A stretch of 64,000 bases of DNA from Camelus ferus (Eukaryota): positions 40,240,001 through 40,304,000 of the forward strand of contig NC_045696.1 of assembly GCF_009834535.1 (NCBI RefSeq), written 5' to 3'. The translations under genes were made by a program, and so were the position numbers. Below, one piece after another: positions 48,606 to 62,700 of this stretch; position 1 is the stretch's first letter, and each line of letters starts with the position of its first letter. The notes beneath the pieces are model-generated. The model ran no database searches. It had not been told where the DNA came from and was given only the letters and a program-made list of their open reading frames with translations.

Positions 48606-51600
48606 GTAAGATAACACTGCTGCAGGCATCTGACCTACTAGGGGTTGCTTCGGGGGAATAAGCTTCCTCTGGTCAACGTGCTTACTGTTTGGTTAGAGCT
48701 GATTCCTATGGATGCCAGATCAGCTGCTCCTTTAACCAGCAACTGGTTTGAAAACAAACTTCTGTTTGAACGGTAAAATAAAAGTTCATTTTGGGCAGGA
48801 ACAGCAGCATAAATATCGCAAAAAAAAAAAAAAAAAAAACCCTTTTCTCCTTTTAAATCACTTTTCCCCTGTTGCTGGCTGCTGCTGAGGTTAAAGTGTA
48901 TCTGTTTGGGAGTTTTACTGATGTTTTTCATTGTAAATATTTCACATATCGGTGGGGGCAAGGAAAACTTTGTCCCATTGTCAAAAATGTACTTTAAAAG
49001 AACACAATTAGTTTCCTAAAAATAGCACCGTCAAAGGTCTGCTAACAATTTTGCGATGTTTTCCAATCCCCCAAGACAGCTTCTGTGAGTCCTTTAATAA
49101 ATATCTTTCCAGGTTTAAGTGCTTGGAAAAAATGATGTGAACCGGTGCCCTTTGCACAGAGACCTGTAATCAGGTGGCTGGTAGATAGCAAAGAACAAAT
49201 CCAAATTTACAAGCTGGGGCAGAATGTGCTCTCACAGAGCTATCTTTTCTAGACGTCCTAAAATGAGAATAGTGTTGGAATAAGAAAGAGTATAAAAGAA
49301 CTCCACAAATTTCTACACACACACCTAAACATAAAGCATTTCAATATGTTTCACAGTAAGAGGGAAAATACAGGCCAGATTATACAATACTTCTGTTTAC
49401 ATCAGACGGTTGTAAAGAAAGATCAGCTTGAAAGCTTTGGAAGTTCGATCCCTGCTTGTCACCCTCTTTCCCTCATCAAGTGAAAATCAACCTGATTGGC
49501 ACCCGATTCTCACTGAAATATGGTGTCTTAAGCTACCCTCATTTGGAAAGACTTCAGTCTTTACCTTCTTATTTCTGAGGTCTAAGAGTGAGTGGTGTGC
49601 ACCTGTGAAAGGAAAAATATACTCCGTAGCTACTTCTATAAAAACAGACACTTGGTCCATGAAGTTTGCCTTCAGAATCTGCGGGCTGTGTGGGATGAAA
49701 TCCTCTTATGTGGAGAAAAACCCTCTTCAAATATTTCCTCTGGGGAATTGCACAAGATGCAAACCAAAGCTGGCAGTCAGGAAACCAAACCACTAGTTCA
49801 GCCCTCAAGGTTCTTAAAGTAAGAGAGGAAAAAGTTACTTTTGGGGGGGGGAGAGGGGGTTGTTTATATTGTTTCACTTGAAAAGGGAAAACTCTCCAAA
49901 GCTTTTTTTTTTTTAAATTCTCACTATTAAAGAAAGTAGACTCATTAGAAGTTTAATTGAGGGTCTTCCAAACCTTTCCTCCTTATTGTTTGTATATCAG
50001 AAGAGATTATAAAAATATCTTAAAATTCTGTTGGATACAAAGAGGATTCAATGCTATTATTCAAATGAAAGAATTACATGTAAAATGTTCTGTCATGTGA
50101 AATTTTGCTTCATTGGAAAAAATTATTGCAAGGAGTGCAGTTTCCTTTAAGAAAATGATATAAAATTACTATTGGCCATGATAATATGTGACCTGAGCTT
50201 ATTAAAATACCTTTTATCTTAAGCCACAGTGCAGGCTGTTTGCTTCATATTTGCTTCATATTTGCTGTAAGTGGGTAATCAACCATGACAAGAGCACAGG
50301 TATGGGACCAGGCCAAACCAAGTGTGTGGTATGTCCAAGCTAATTCCTCTTTTATGTTAGTGCCGGCCTCACGCCCATCATCACAAGGGTGAAAATACAC
50401 TGCTTCATTCACCAGATCCCCTTGAGGAAAGTTATCTTTTCTGGGAGAATAAAAAACTGCTGCCAGTGTAAAAGAGCTCCCTGTTATTCCTAAATTTGGG
50501 GATGAAAAGTGTTCTCCCAGGGTTTGCTTCTGCTTTTCCTGGCAGTTAATCCACTCTACCAGCTATGAACCATTTCACAGTAACTGCCTTCCCTGCGTGC
50601 ATCACGTTCAACACCCTAAATAACTGAGTGAGATCATCTCTGCCTGTTCGTGATCTCACTTTCCCAGGGTCTTTACCAGGCACTCAAAGTGATTCTTTCT
50701 CCACACTGCCCTTCTTACATTCATAGAAAAATCAGTGGTGGGGTTTCATGGAGTTTCCCCAAAGTCTCCCTCTTTGCGCGGGATGAGGAGACATAACAGA
50801 AGTTTCCTCTACACCACGATAACCACTGCGTCTGGACTGGGTTCATGGCTGTACCTACCCAACACCATTTCCGCAGGCTTTGAATGACTCCTTTAATGTT
50901 TCTCATGAAAGAAAAGATGAGCAGCTGCCCCATTTGACTAGAGACCTGGGGAGGGTGCTGTGTTGATTTTGTGGGCCTGCTGCCCACATTTTACATTTTC
51001 TACTATTCTCAGAATTATAAAACAATATTCTTTCCATGATCAGAAAGTGTATCCCACCTTATTTCCATTTGTGAAACAGAAATCAAGAGGAGAGGGTAGG
51101 AATGAGTGAGAATTACAGGTAAGCTGGGCGGGATGGCTCCCGGGAAGTGCCCCGGGAGAAGGGAAGGATCAGAATCTCTTTCACAAAGGCAACTTCTTTC
51201 TGCCTTTACTCAGGTGGAAGATGGGGAGACACTGAAGAGCAAAAATCCATATCTGCTCTTTTATTTTTCTTAAATCAATGAGAGTATTTCCACTAATAAG
51301 TTAAGCTCTGTCTCTACCATGCCCTTCTCTAACGTAAGAGAGTAGCTCGGTTCTAAAGACTAAAATGACTTCAGGTCTGCCCCACATAAAAACCCATAGA
51401 TCTTTGCCAGTTATGATTTAAAACTATGAATATAAAAACCCTCATACGTATTTTTAATTAATGGGTGGTTTACATCAACAAATCCACCTCTCACGCTCCC
51501 AAAGGGCCCAGTGTCCGGGAACTATTTGCAAGTTAGAAGTTAGAAGCAGCTGTTTACTCCTACTTAGCCATGGTCATTCCTTTGGATCGGCAACATGTAG

Positions 51601-52889
51601 TGTGATCCCCCACCCTCTGGTCCTCTAAGCAACCCTCTGAAGATTAGGTCTTTCTGCAGGCCTTGGCTTCCTTCTCTTCCACCAGAACCCCATAAACTTA
51701 CATACGTATAATTTAAAGAAGGTATAGCACTTGAGACTAGAGTGTGATCTTCTGAGAGGTTCACTGTTCTAGATGTTGAATGAAAAGGAAAAAAAAGAGA
51801 AAGGGAGAAAGGGAAGAGGAGGAGGTTAAGCAAAAAATGAATGCCCTTTGGAATTTAGAGAATCACTTTAGCATTGTGTAAAAAGGACCCCTTACTACCC
51901 AAAGCATCTAGAAATTTAAATTAAAAAAAAAAAAAAGATCAGTTCACAGATTGTTACAAAATCCTAAGGATATGATGCAAAAGATCTTCCAATGATCTGG
52001 CAGTCATTAACATCAGTTTACACCCCACAGTAGTAAATCAAGATTTCTGCAAAAGTTCTCCTTTGCAGAGACACAAAGAGTGAAGAGTGAGAAAGAATAT
52101 TAACCACATTTCAGCACCAACACAGAAGCCACTAATCAGACATTCCACTATGGCTTTGGTAACTACGCTTGCTGTTTGAGGAATGAGGTTCTTTATAGTC
52201 TGTCCTCAAGCAAATAGATTTGCAGAAAGGGGGTTAAAGGGAGTCACACAAGGTCGGAATGTCTATAATCTGGGGGCCCTGTGTCTGCAAATCCACAAAG
52301 CCGTTGAAGTTGCATGGAATCAAGCTGAAGTGACTGAAACAAAAATGTTCCCAAGAGCTGATCATAGAGTAATCAGCTAAAATAATAATGAATTCTAACT
52401 TCTCAATGTAACATAATAGCAAAAGCCTACAGAACACCTATAGCTGATATGTAAAATGTTAAAACACACTGGTGGTCCACCTTCAATCTCCTCTATTAAT
52501 TTTGGGCTCACTTCCATTGTCCTTCCTGGAAAACAAAAGCTGCCCTTCTCTCCTTCAGCACAGTATTTGCAGATGCAGTCATGCCCTTCTGTGCCACCCT
52601 ATTTTTTTCTTTCAGTGGAAGAAATCTCTTTTCAATTCTTATAGATCAAGTTTCTGGAGTACCACTCATACTTGCGGCATTTCTCATTATCAAAAGTCTC
52701 ATTCTTCTCTTAAAAGGATTTAAATTTTCACTCCAACAAATAAAAAAGCTTTACATTTTTCTAAACCTTAATTCATAGACCTAGAAGAAACGTAACTTAA
52801 ACTTGCTACATGCCTCCAAACTGAAATGAAGTTTCAAGCACTTTTATTTACCTAGACCCTACTCTAACTTCCTTAGGTTTAAAAACTTA

Positions 52890-53060
52890 GAGAATCACAC
52901 CATATAAATGCTGAAAGGATCCTTGGAGCTAATTTTAACTAAAGTTAATGTTACAGATGAGAAAAGTCAGGGAGCTTGATATCTTCCCTAAGCTCACCCA
53001 GACATGTGTAACGGAACCAGGGCTGGAGTTCATACAGCCAAGCTGATCAGTGTTCTCTCT
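52890..53060 (-). mobile_element. MIR3/MIR fragment
   Basis: 'gctgaaaggatccttggagcta...ttacagatgagaaaagtcagggag...cttccctaagctcacccag...gaaccagggctggagttca'. Confidence 0.65.
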
Positions 53061-56000
53061 TGAATAACTATAACGTGTCTTCCTCATATAATGTGTATCT
53101 AAGATGTCTCTGACTACACTGAGAGTTCTCTTGGAATGTAACATACTGTCTTCTCAGAAACCATAACTGGTAGAGGTTTGGGGCTGCAGCTATACCTCTA
53201 CTACAGAATGTTTGGAAACATTGACACAATCCTTGGTGAAGAGTGAAATCACTGATTGTCACCATCATAGGGACCTTGTGTGATTATCCTCCATTCCAGG
53301 ACCTGATACCCAGTAACTCCTTGGTAAATATGTGTTGAATGAGTGAGTGAAGAAAAGAGGCTAAGTGTAAAATATCCACATTTCTTACCTCCTTCCATAA
53401 AAATCCTCGTAAGTCTATAGGAACTTGTAGAAGCTCAAATCTCAAGTATATCAAATTTAAGATTCCTCTTGCATTAGGAAATGTAAGAGAGATCATTTAG
53501 CCTTATCAATGGCTAAATTATCAAGCCTTATCAAGAAGCCACTTCCGTGGCCTGCAGTACTTTGACTAGTCCTTCTTACATTTACCTGAGTTCTAGAAAT
53601 AAAACTATTATTTGCAGCAGGCTTAAGATCTAGTTCCAATTTTTATGTGACAGAACAAGTATGTGATGATTCCCAGCATAATCTTTCTCTTTTCCTACCC
53701 CATTGACAATGGGTTGCCAATATAACCACATAGCATCTCCCCGGGTCTTTAAGGAGAGAAAGGACAAAATATCCGTAATAGACTATCAGAGAAAATTGTG
53801 CGGGACGTAGCTGTTGAGGGGTGCAGGCATAAGAAGTGCTACAACACGGGGAGGGGGGTGTGGGGGGTGCGGGGAGGACAACAGTATAGAGAGAGGATGG
53901 TGCAGCTAAGAGGGTCCATTCCTCTGAAACAGAACTCTGGAGAGTTTTGAGGTGCTGGAGAAGAGATTTTTAATGTGAGTGATTGTCTGAGCTAAGACCC
54001 ACTCAAGTGTTTGGGCGATGAAATCCTATTTGGGTCAGGCTTCTTTCAGTATAACACCATTTGAAGACTGGCTCACAGGGGTGAAAGCTTTGTATGCATG
54101 CATCTACTAAAGCTCTTCTTAACCCTTTACTGGACTTCCACTGAGAAAACAGCCTCATTTGACCTCATTTTAGACTTGACTCTGACCCAGGGTACTAATT
54201 CCACAAATGTCATGTCATCAAAATGTTCTCTGCTAAGATAACAATACAATTTTTGGTAATACATAAAGTTACCCTGTGTGGGAAATGATAAACATAGAAA
54301 AGAATATTTATGTATCTTTTCTGGAAAGACTTTACCTTGATAAGTGGACAGATGTTACCACAGATGCATCTTTCCTTTCCTCTAAAGCATGCCTGACAAT
54401 TGTTTGCATATCTTTGAAATAGTAGTTGTGTTTCTGAAATGGATTTATTGTATGTTAAAATTTACAGTCTATGACTAAGCATCACTTTGAAAACACAACT
54501 TTTAAGTTAAGTCTTTCTTGAAGACTATCTTTCTTAAGCTCCCTTGATGTGTTTACATTTCAGGATATTTAGGTATTGGCATCATTTGATGTGCTGAGAT
54601 TAAAGACAATTAGTCACTTCATGTACTACTTTTCCAACTCTAACTGAATATGCCTGGAAGTGGGTGTCAGCTGTTGGCTTCTCCAGGAAATAAAATGTAT
54701 CAGCCTGTCGGGGAGCTTCTCCAGTCCTTTCTGTTAGCTAGATAAAACAGCTGTTTTACTGAAATTCTGGACTGTGGTTAAGGTTTCACATATCAGGGCA
54801 ACTATGGCTGGTTTACTTCATTACCCAGCAGCAGAGTGGCTAAGCCGCAGCTGTTCTCGGCCCAACAAGAGGATGGCAAGTCTTCAGAGCTGGTTGAAGA
54901 GCTTTGTCCCCAGGCAGCTGGGAGACATTATGTCAGCTAGCCTCCCACTTACATGTTCCTCCAACAATCATGCCATGTGCACGCTAAGGATAAATCTAAA
55001 CTTGGTTCATAAATTCAAAGTGATGAATGTACATTATTATATTTCTTTCAAGATCGGAACTTAATGATTGTCCTGTCTTAAAGTCCAGGGCTCATGGTGT
55101 TCATCAGTGCTATAAATCTGAATAAGTGGCCTATCGTTAAAAGGCAGACACAAGATAAGGCCAAGGAGTACATGGTGGGGGACACTAGGTGGAGCTAAGA
55201 ATTTGTGGCTTAGGTGGCCAATACTGTTGAGGTTGGAAGAATGAGGGAAGAAAAGGGATCCGCAGCAAAAAATATGCTAATGGATCCACAATCCCTAGTC
55301 CATCCTCACATCTAGTTCCTCTTCCAGCTCCCAATTTAGTCCAGTCCCCTGCTGTTCAAATGAGTGGGGAGAGAGGTTGTTGACCAGTAGAGGGAGCCAG
55401 GGGTTTGAATGTCTCAAAATAGAAAACTGACTTGTTCCCAGAGGGTGCCTTTAGATTTGAATTTTTCTGATAAAAGACAGAACAAGTTGTCCTTTGCAAC
55501 TGGTGGCTAAAATGTACCACAGGAGTGTATCACATTGTTGGTTTTCTTTTAAAAAAAATTCCCAATTTAAGCCTGTAGAATAAATCACCTGCATTTCACC
55601 AATGCCAGAAATGTCAAGGCTTGTAGAAGTTTATTTGAAGGAAAAACAAGGCAATCTTAGAAAACGTTGTTTTCCAAGGCTACCACCAGCCAAAACTAAA
55701 TGATCAATTCAGTAGTCAATAAACCAAGGCAGCTGGGGGTCAGAGAGATATGAGTGCAGCGCGAGCAGAGGGCTGAGAAGATCTCATGGGTTCCAAAGGG
55801 AAGTCTTGGTGCCCTGCCAGGACTACACTCTCTCGTCAACAGGAGGTGGGGTGGGGGGTGGGGGCTGGAAGAGAGAAGGAGGCAGACATGGGCCAGTCTT
55901 CTCCAATCAGGATGGCCCAGAACCTGCACTCCTGGGTACTGATCTCTCCTGGGAGGAGCCAGAGCCTTGCCTAGACCAAAGTGAACTTCTTTCCATTGAA

Positions 56001-56850
56001 CATTTCCATTGCACGGAAGAGTGGGGATGGCTTGTTAAGACTTGAGACAATTGCATAATTCAGAACCCTTTGGGGTATAGAGATCAATTAGGACTATAAA
56101 AAAATAAATCCCTGGCACACCAGAGAAGGGCTGCTTGCTTTGTAAAAAATAGGACATTGACAGGAATACTGAGCAATCCTTTCTCTAAGACTATTACTGA
56201 TCTCAGGAGAGACGAAGCTATGAAGTTTGTATGTATACCTGTGCTGAGAATCCCCTGTTCCAGAAAATCTTCAACGTTTTAATCCCTGAAACATCTAGAC
56301 TCTTTCTGGGGCCTCGGGCAAGTCATTGATCATCTGTGTGCCTTAATTTACTTAACTTAAATAGAAAAGCAATTCTCAAATAACCATGCTCTTTACCATT
56401 TAGAGACACCTGAGGTCTTGCCAAGTATTTTACAGAATGGCGCTACTTAAGCATGCATAGTGAAGGGACTGTATTCACAACACCTGGAGCTGGCTCCTAG
56501 TCTTCGTACAGAACTAAGTCGGAATACAATTCCAAATAAGCACATAACTGTTCAGGAAGTATCAAGAGCGTTTTTTGTGTCTTAGCGTACAGAGGACAAT
56601 TCTACATGTCTCAAGGGGCCAGGCGAGGTCAAGGGTAGGTAGAAAAGGGAAAAGAAACAATAATTAAATTACAACTGGAAGAGTCTCAAGAGGCCTTTAT
56701 GTTCACCTATTCGTATTTTGACATCGGTCAAAAGAAAATTCCTCACACAGAAAAAAGGTCTTGTGATTTAAAAGTTCTATTTTAAATGGAGAAAAGTGAT
56801 ATTTTAAATAACTGTTATATTGTATAAAATCTCTGCATGCCGCTTCCTTA

Positions 56851-57125
56851 GCTTTTTCAAAAGTGTGTTTCAAAAACAGTAATACCTGGGATATTAATGT
56901 GTTTATGCAGAAAAAGGTTCTGTGGTCAAATAGAGATAGTCAGTGAAATAATATGATCAGTTTTATTCACTGCAAGACTTCATAAAGACCTTAATATGCT
57001 ATGTATTCCTTCATACTTCAAAAAAGTTACAGTAAATAGTGTGCCTTCAACTTATTTGATGACAAATCTTCCCAACCTGAGAGCATCTCTTGGGACTGGT
57101 ATTCTATGAAACAACTTGGGAACAG
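56851..57125. mobile_element. hAT-Charlie palindromic MITE (MER103/MER112-like)
   Basis: Inverted arms 'caaaagtgtgtttc…ggttctgtggtcaaata' / 'ttatttgatgac…gcatctcttgggactggtattctatgaaacaacttgggaa'. Confidence 0.55.
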
Positions 57126-57384
57126 TTTAGGATCTGGGACAAGGTATATTCAGTGATGCTAGTTAATATATAATACACATGGAGTGTCAATATAGATTAT
57201 GTGCTATGTCAAACCATAAAATAAGAAACAATCCCAATGTGATTTCCAAAACCAGTTGGAAAAGGGAACAAAAGAAGCAGATGAACATGTCTTGGTTCTA
57301 TGGCTCAGTTCTTTATAATAATAGCAGCAGAAATACCAGAATAATTTAAGTTTTTTTATAAACAAAGTTAGATGGGGGAGTAAT

Positions 57385-57541
57385 TAAAAGAGAGTGAGAA
57401 GTGATAGAAAGAAAGAAAGAAAAGGAAAGGAAGAAAGAAAGAAAAGGAGGGAAGGGAGGAAAAGAAAGAAAGGAGAGAGAGAAAGAAAAAAGGAGGAAAG
57501 GGGGAAGGAAGAAAGAGAAAGAAAGAAAAGGAAGAAAGAAA
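57385..57541. repeat. Purine-rich (GAAA/GGAA) low-complexity tract
   Basis: About 135 bp composed only of A/G from ~57406 to 57541. Confidence 0.95.
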
Positions 57542-58059
57542 TATTGGACAGGTTGAAATGATCTTTTCCTTTCCTCTTCTTTCCCAGTGTCTGGATATTG
57601 TGTTACAAATAGATAAATGGCCAACGATGTGCAATAAGTCCAGTAAACAAAGAGCCTAGATAATGTTGTGAATTAGCTCAACAGTACCTGAGCTGATGAT
57701 TCTCTGTTTCACCATAACCACCATTCATTAACCAAGATCATTACCCAAACATCTTCCTTGAGCATTTATTTTTTCACTATCAATAGGGAGCTAATTCCTG
57801 GAACAGGAACACACTGATATTCTAGGGGACTATGTACATAGGGACTATTTGGTTTATCAATCACACTCAGACCTCCTGCCCCCATCAAACTGACTATTTT
57901 TTTTAGGGCCCTACTCCAGGATTTCTTTTCCCCTTTACAAAGACAATGCTGTGAGGCCAGAATTCCAAAAGCAGCGTGGTGTAGCACCCTCTCCTTTGAG
58001 AAAATAAGTAGATCACAGTCATCCAAGGGAGAAACTCAAACTCATCATAACTAGTTATA

Positions 58060-58240
58060 ATAATAGACAGTATCTAGTAAATGTCTAACAGGACCAGACA
58101 CTGTGCTGGTCTCATTATCTCTATTCTTTATATCAACCCTGCAAAAGGTGGTATTATCACTCCCAACTTAAAGATGAGAAAAAAATGGAGCCTCTATTTG
58201 GGCAAGCAGATTACCCAGGGTCACACAGCTAGGAGGTGCC
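58060..58240 (-). mobile_element. MIR
   Basis: 'caaccctgcaaaaggtggtattatcactcccaacttaaagatgagaaaa...ttacccagggtcacacagctagg'. Confidence 0.75.
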
Positions 58241-58816
58241 ATAAAAGGGAGAAAAAACATCAACTCCCAATGACAATGCCTCTGACTCATAAAGAAGGTG
58301 AGAGAATTCCAGTGGCTCTGTTCCTAGACACTGCCGACTGGCTCTGTTTTTTGTTTAATACTGTGATTTTAATTTCTTTTTCTTTTCTGTATTTTTTCCT
58401 AAAAGCATGCTGTCATTTTGGGGCCAAAAAAGTAAGGGCTGTGTAACTAGAAAAATAAACAAAAAAAAAAGCTATCACTCCTCCCTAGGGTAATTCATAA
58501 GGGCTAAGGTTTCTCCATAAATTCTCCCCAAGTGATCCCGAGTTGCTTGGCATGAGTCTGGGAAAAAGAGTGACAAGCTAGCATGTCATTCCTAAGGCAG
58601 CAGAAATTCCCATGATTATATGAGAAACAGACTAGAACAGAGGCACGTTACAAAGTTTACTCTGGCTCCACAGATCATTCTTTTCAGCGTTACCTTTACG
58701 GTATTTCATACCCAAGCAGTGGGGATGAAGACAACTTAACTGATGCCCCAAGCCATGTGAGTCGCCTAGACAAAAGTCTACTGTCTACCCTGCTGCTTAA
58801 CCTGTGTGAGAGCGTA

Positions 58817-59220
58817 AAGGTACCCCCCACTTTTCAAAAGTTCACTTTAAGAGGCTTCACTTCTACAAAAGACCTATACTAGTACCTGTTTTTGCTAATC
58901 TAAGGAAATCCAAAGAGGATTTTATGCGGGGGAAAAAGGCAAATAGCAAAAATAGCATCAGCCTCCTTTTTGCAAGCAAGCTGTTTTAGAGGCAGCGCAC
59001 ATCCCCAGCAGCGAGAATGGCACTGCCAAGCTCCTTCCCTGGGAACTACACTCAGCACCAAGCCGCCATAGCTTTGAACTGTGTCTGTGAGCATCTGTGC
59101 TTTATCTCTATTTTTTGCATCCACTAGCAAGGTGTGTCCTAAAGTATTTGCTTCTTTCCTTTATGCCATTTTGTCTTATGAAAGGTTTCATAGGAACGTG
59201 CCATGTTCAGATAGCAGGGG
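58817..59220. mobile_element. TcMar-Tigger MITE (laurasiatherian type)
   Basis: Begins 'aggtaccccccacttttcaaaagttcacttt', ends 'gaaaggtttcataggaacg...gatagcagggg'; a SINE is inserted in the right terminus. Confidence 0.7.
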
Positions 59221-59349
59221 TGGGGGTGGGTATAGCTCAGTGGTAGAGTTAGGTCCTGGGTTCAATCCCCAGAACCTCCATTAAAATAAATAAATAAATG
59301 AATGAACCTAATTACTCCCCCCACAAAAAACAAACAAACAAACTAAATC
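59221..59349 (+). mobile_element. tRNA-derived SINE (camelid-type) with internal deletion
   Basis: 'gggtatagctcagtggtagag..aggtcctgggttcaatcccc...aacctaattac'; TSD agcagggg (59213-59220, 59350-59357). Confidence 0.88.
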
Positions 59350-59619
59350 AGCAGGGGAAGTTAGCACATAGAAATAAGTATACTTCCAGCCCTTCTTTTG
59401 TGCTGTGACAAAGATGAAAGAGGAAACAAGGTCTAGCTCTTCCCACATGGTCACTGCTACTGTATTTTTTTGTCTTTGTATTTGTACTGATCGTCCCTCT
59501 CTGCATGGGGTATTCCCCATCTGATCTGCTGAATTAAATTGTTCTCCTCCAAGATTTAGATCAGTACCTGCTGCTCTGAGAGGACCCGCCTACACCCAGA
59601 TTGCCTCAGGCTGCATGTG

Positions 59620-59790
59620 CACTTCCCCAGGCTCCCTAGTTCTCTGTGCACAACCCTGCCATGGCCATGTCCACTCTGTAATGGCATTGGCTTGTTTTCT
59701 GTATAAGACTGTGGGCTCCTTGCAGGATTCACGTCTTGTTTCTCTCTGCCCCTTCAATGCTTAGCACACAATAGAAGCTTAATAATTGTG
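59620..59790 (+). mobile_element. L2 3' end
   Basis: 'agactgtgggctccttgcaggattcacgtcttgtttctctctgccccttcaatgcttagcacacaatagaagcttaataattg'. Confidence 0.7.
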
Positions 59791-60420
59791 AAAAGGGGGA
59801 AAGAAAAAAGAATGTGGGAACAAAATGCAGTGATACGAATGAGAAGGCTCTAAATATGCTTTTCTCTATCCCCATAGATTGTCCCAAGAAGACACATTCA
59901 CATGTGTGAGCACACACGTACCATGTCACTAGGCTCAACTCTGGAGCTAACTGTGGGATACAAGATGAATCCCTGTTGGGATGCTAGAATTAAATACTGG
60001 CCTTCTATATACCAAATGACATAAGGAAAAATTATTTGCTGGGTAATGCCACTGTCCCAGGACTGTCAGTACCCTGCTCAAAAATATTCAGTGGCGTTAG
60101 GAAACAGAACACCTCAGCTTGCTGGTAGATCCCTCAGTCTCTGTCACCCCAACCCGATTTCCATCTCCATCCCTCTCTAGTCTATACCATGAATTTGACC
60201 TATGCCAGATGGACTATTCCTCCCCCCAACATTCTTTTTTCTTTTCTCTACTGAATATCCCCTGCTGTCCTTTACACTTGCCAAAATAACCATAAATTCA
60301 AGGTCCCACTAAGGTCTTCCTAAACATTGCAGCCTGCATTCATCCTTCCCTCTTCTCAACTGACAAGCAGTTATTATAAAAGTCACTTCTGTGTTGCCTA
60401 TACCCTGTATTGAAGAAATC

Positions 60421-60634
60421 GGGGCTGTCTACTAGAATTTTCTGCAATAATGGAAATGTATTATAGCTGAACTGTCCAATGTGGGAGCCACCAGCCTTAT
60501 ATGGCAACTGAGCACCTGACGTGTGGCTAGTGCAACTGAGGTACTGACTTTTTTATTTTATGTTACTATAACTTCTTTAAAGCTAAAATTAAATAACCAC
60601 ATGTTGCTAGTGGTTACTGTATTGGACAACACAG
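60421..60634. mobile_element. MER3 (hAT-Charlie) inserted in an L2 remnant
   Basis: 'gctgtctactagaattttctgcaataatggaaatg...tgtggctagtgcaactgagg...gctagtggttactgtattggacaacacag'. Confidence 0.88.
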
Positions 60635-62479
60635 AATAGTTAAGTTTTCACACGCTATGTCTTGTATCCTTGGTGAGCATAAAAACTACTGGGAAAAAAT
60701 CTGAATAAGATGCTTTTTGTATCATCAGCAAATGCCATGACCACAGTAGTATTCATTAAATGTTATGTTCAATGCATTGCTTGACTACTGGGTCTGCCTT
60801 TAATAGTTATATTATCTTAAAGAAGTCCTATCCCCTGCATATACAATTTTAATAAAATGATACAGATGGTATTTGCTTTTTTTTTAATGGCTTAAACTCA
60901 CTCAGAACGGCACTATATCATTAACCTGGATCCTTTATCACTTTACAGACAAAATGAGATGAAGAGTGATTTGAATTGAGTCTCTGAAAGTTCCATTATT
61001 CATTACTATTCTGTCTCTTTTCCTTTTGGGGGGGAACATGTTTTAAATGCTTTTTAAACAGTTTCAGATCTGCTGAGACATAGAATTGCTTCAGTTTTCA
61101 ATATGACCTTCTCTACACAGAAAGACTGTTCCCAGGGATCTGAAACAAGTTCAGCCACCAGATTTTTGCTTTTCTCTCCCCTTGAAGCCCCATCACTTTC
61201 TGAAGGCAGGTAGTTCTCTATCATAGATTTTCCCAGAACATTTTTCACTTTATTTCCAGTGAACAACCTGAGGCTTTTTGAAGAAGGCTGAACCTCTACC
61301 AGCAGGTCAGGGGAGGTCGCAGGTCTTTGGAATTTGACAATGATATGCCCCTGGCTCTTGCTGTTTTAGCAACAGCCCTTCGGGGATCATTATGCCAATA
61401 GGCCAACCATGCAATAAAATTCTGTGTCCGGTAAAGCCAAGAGCAAAGTGATCAAACAGTCTGGCTGCAGATTAGATTCTGACTTATTAATAAGCCTTCA
61501 GAAAATAAACCAGAGTGAGTCTCTAACAGCAACAGTTTACAGGAGATGTTTAATGATTTCGGAGCTCGGCCACATCGCATGCCTTCCTTCTGACTCAGTG
61601 AGAGCGGGACAAGGGCAGAAGAGATGCTCACGGAGCCAGGGCAATCAGCTGTATCTTTTCCATTCACAGCTAGGTTTCTTTGGAGGGACTGGAAAAACCT
61701 TCAATGAAAACTTTTTTTTTAAATAATAAAATAAAAGAATTTACCCTGTTCTCGTCAGCCAGACATCAAGAAATAATTATGGGTGTGTATTTTCCTCTGC
61801 CTTGTGAAACATATCCAAATTGTAGGATAAGCAAACTTTATAGTATGGTAAAGACGGCAGTAACATTTCACTTGTAAATTTTGTTATATTTAGCAATAAA
61901 AGAATCACCATGTGTTTAAGTCACATTTGAATACTTATAAATAGAATTCTCATCTGAAGACATGAACCAGTAACTAAAGAAAGAATCCATGACTCCTTTG
62001 CAACAGAGCAAGAACACTGGAGAGGTTTGGTATCTTATTTTCTAAAATAGTATTCATTACAACCCTATTAGCAGGAGAGTGTTAGTATCTTAATTTAGGG
62101 ACTTTTAAACATGAAGATAGTGATGATGAGGATGATGATAATGACTTTGTAGAAAAACTAATAGTTTATAATATGTATTTTATATACATTCCTTCATTTG
62201 AATTAGATATTTTGTCTACATTTTACACTTAGAAAGATTTAAGTACATTTTATAACATCATTTAGATAGTAAATGTTGGAAGTGGAATATGAACCTGGAT
62301 CATCCCATTCCTGAAGTCCTCTTCTTTAAGCTAAGACTTAACAGTATCCTACCCAGGGATGGTCCTGGCAGTGTAAATGAGAAACTATAGCAAAGGAAAG
62401 CAGAATGATCTGTAATGGGTTATAAGTAACCCCAGATTGAGATTGTGCTTTTCAAGAAGATAGAAACCAAACTCCCAAC

Positions 62480-62700
62480 AATGATAGCAGTTAACGTGTA
62501 TTGAAGGTTTACTCTGTGCCAAGCAGAATGCTGAAAGCTTTTTTATTCTTATATATTATTACATTTTATCCTGACACTTTCCCATGAGATAGAAAACTGG
62601 GTAAGAGATTAAGTAACTTCTTCAAAGTCACATAGCTGTAAGTAAAGTAACCAGACTATGAAACCAGTAGATTCCTGAGCTCTCATCTTTTACTGCTACA
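62480..62700 (-). mobile_element. MIR
   Basis: 'tattgaaggtttactctgtgccaagc...attaagtaacttcttcaaagtcacatagctgtaagt'. Confidence 0.75.

Noticed and set aside
57346..57634. Phe/Ser/Leu-rich minus-strand ORFs
   Set aside because: They are translations of the purine low-complexity tract.
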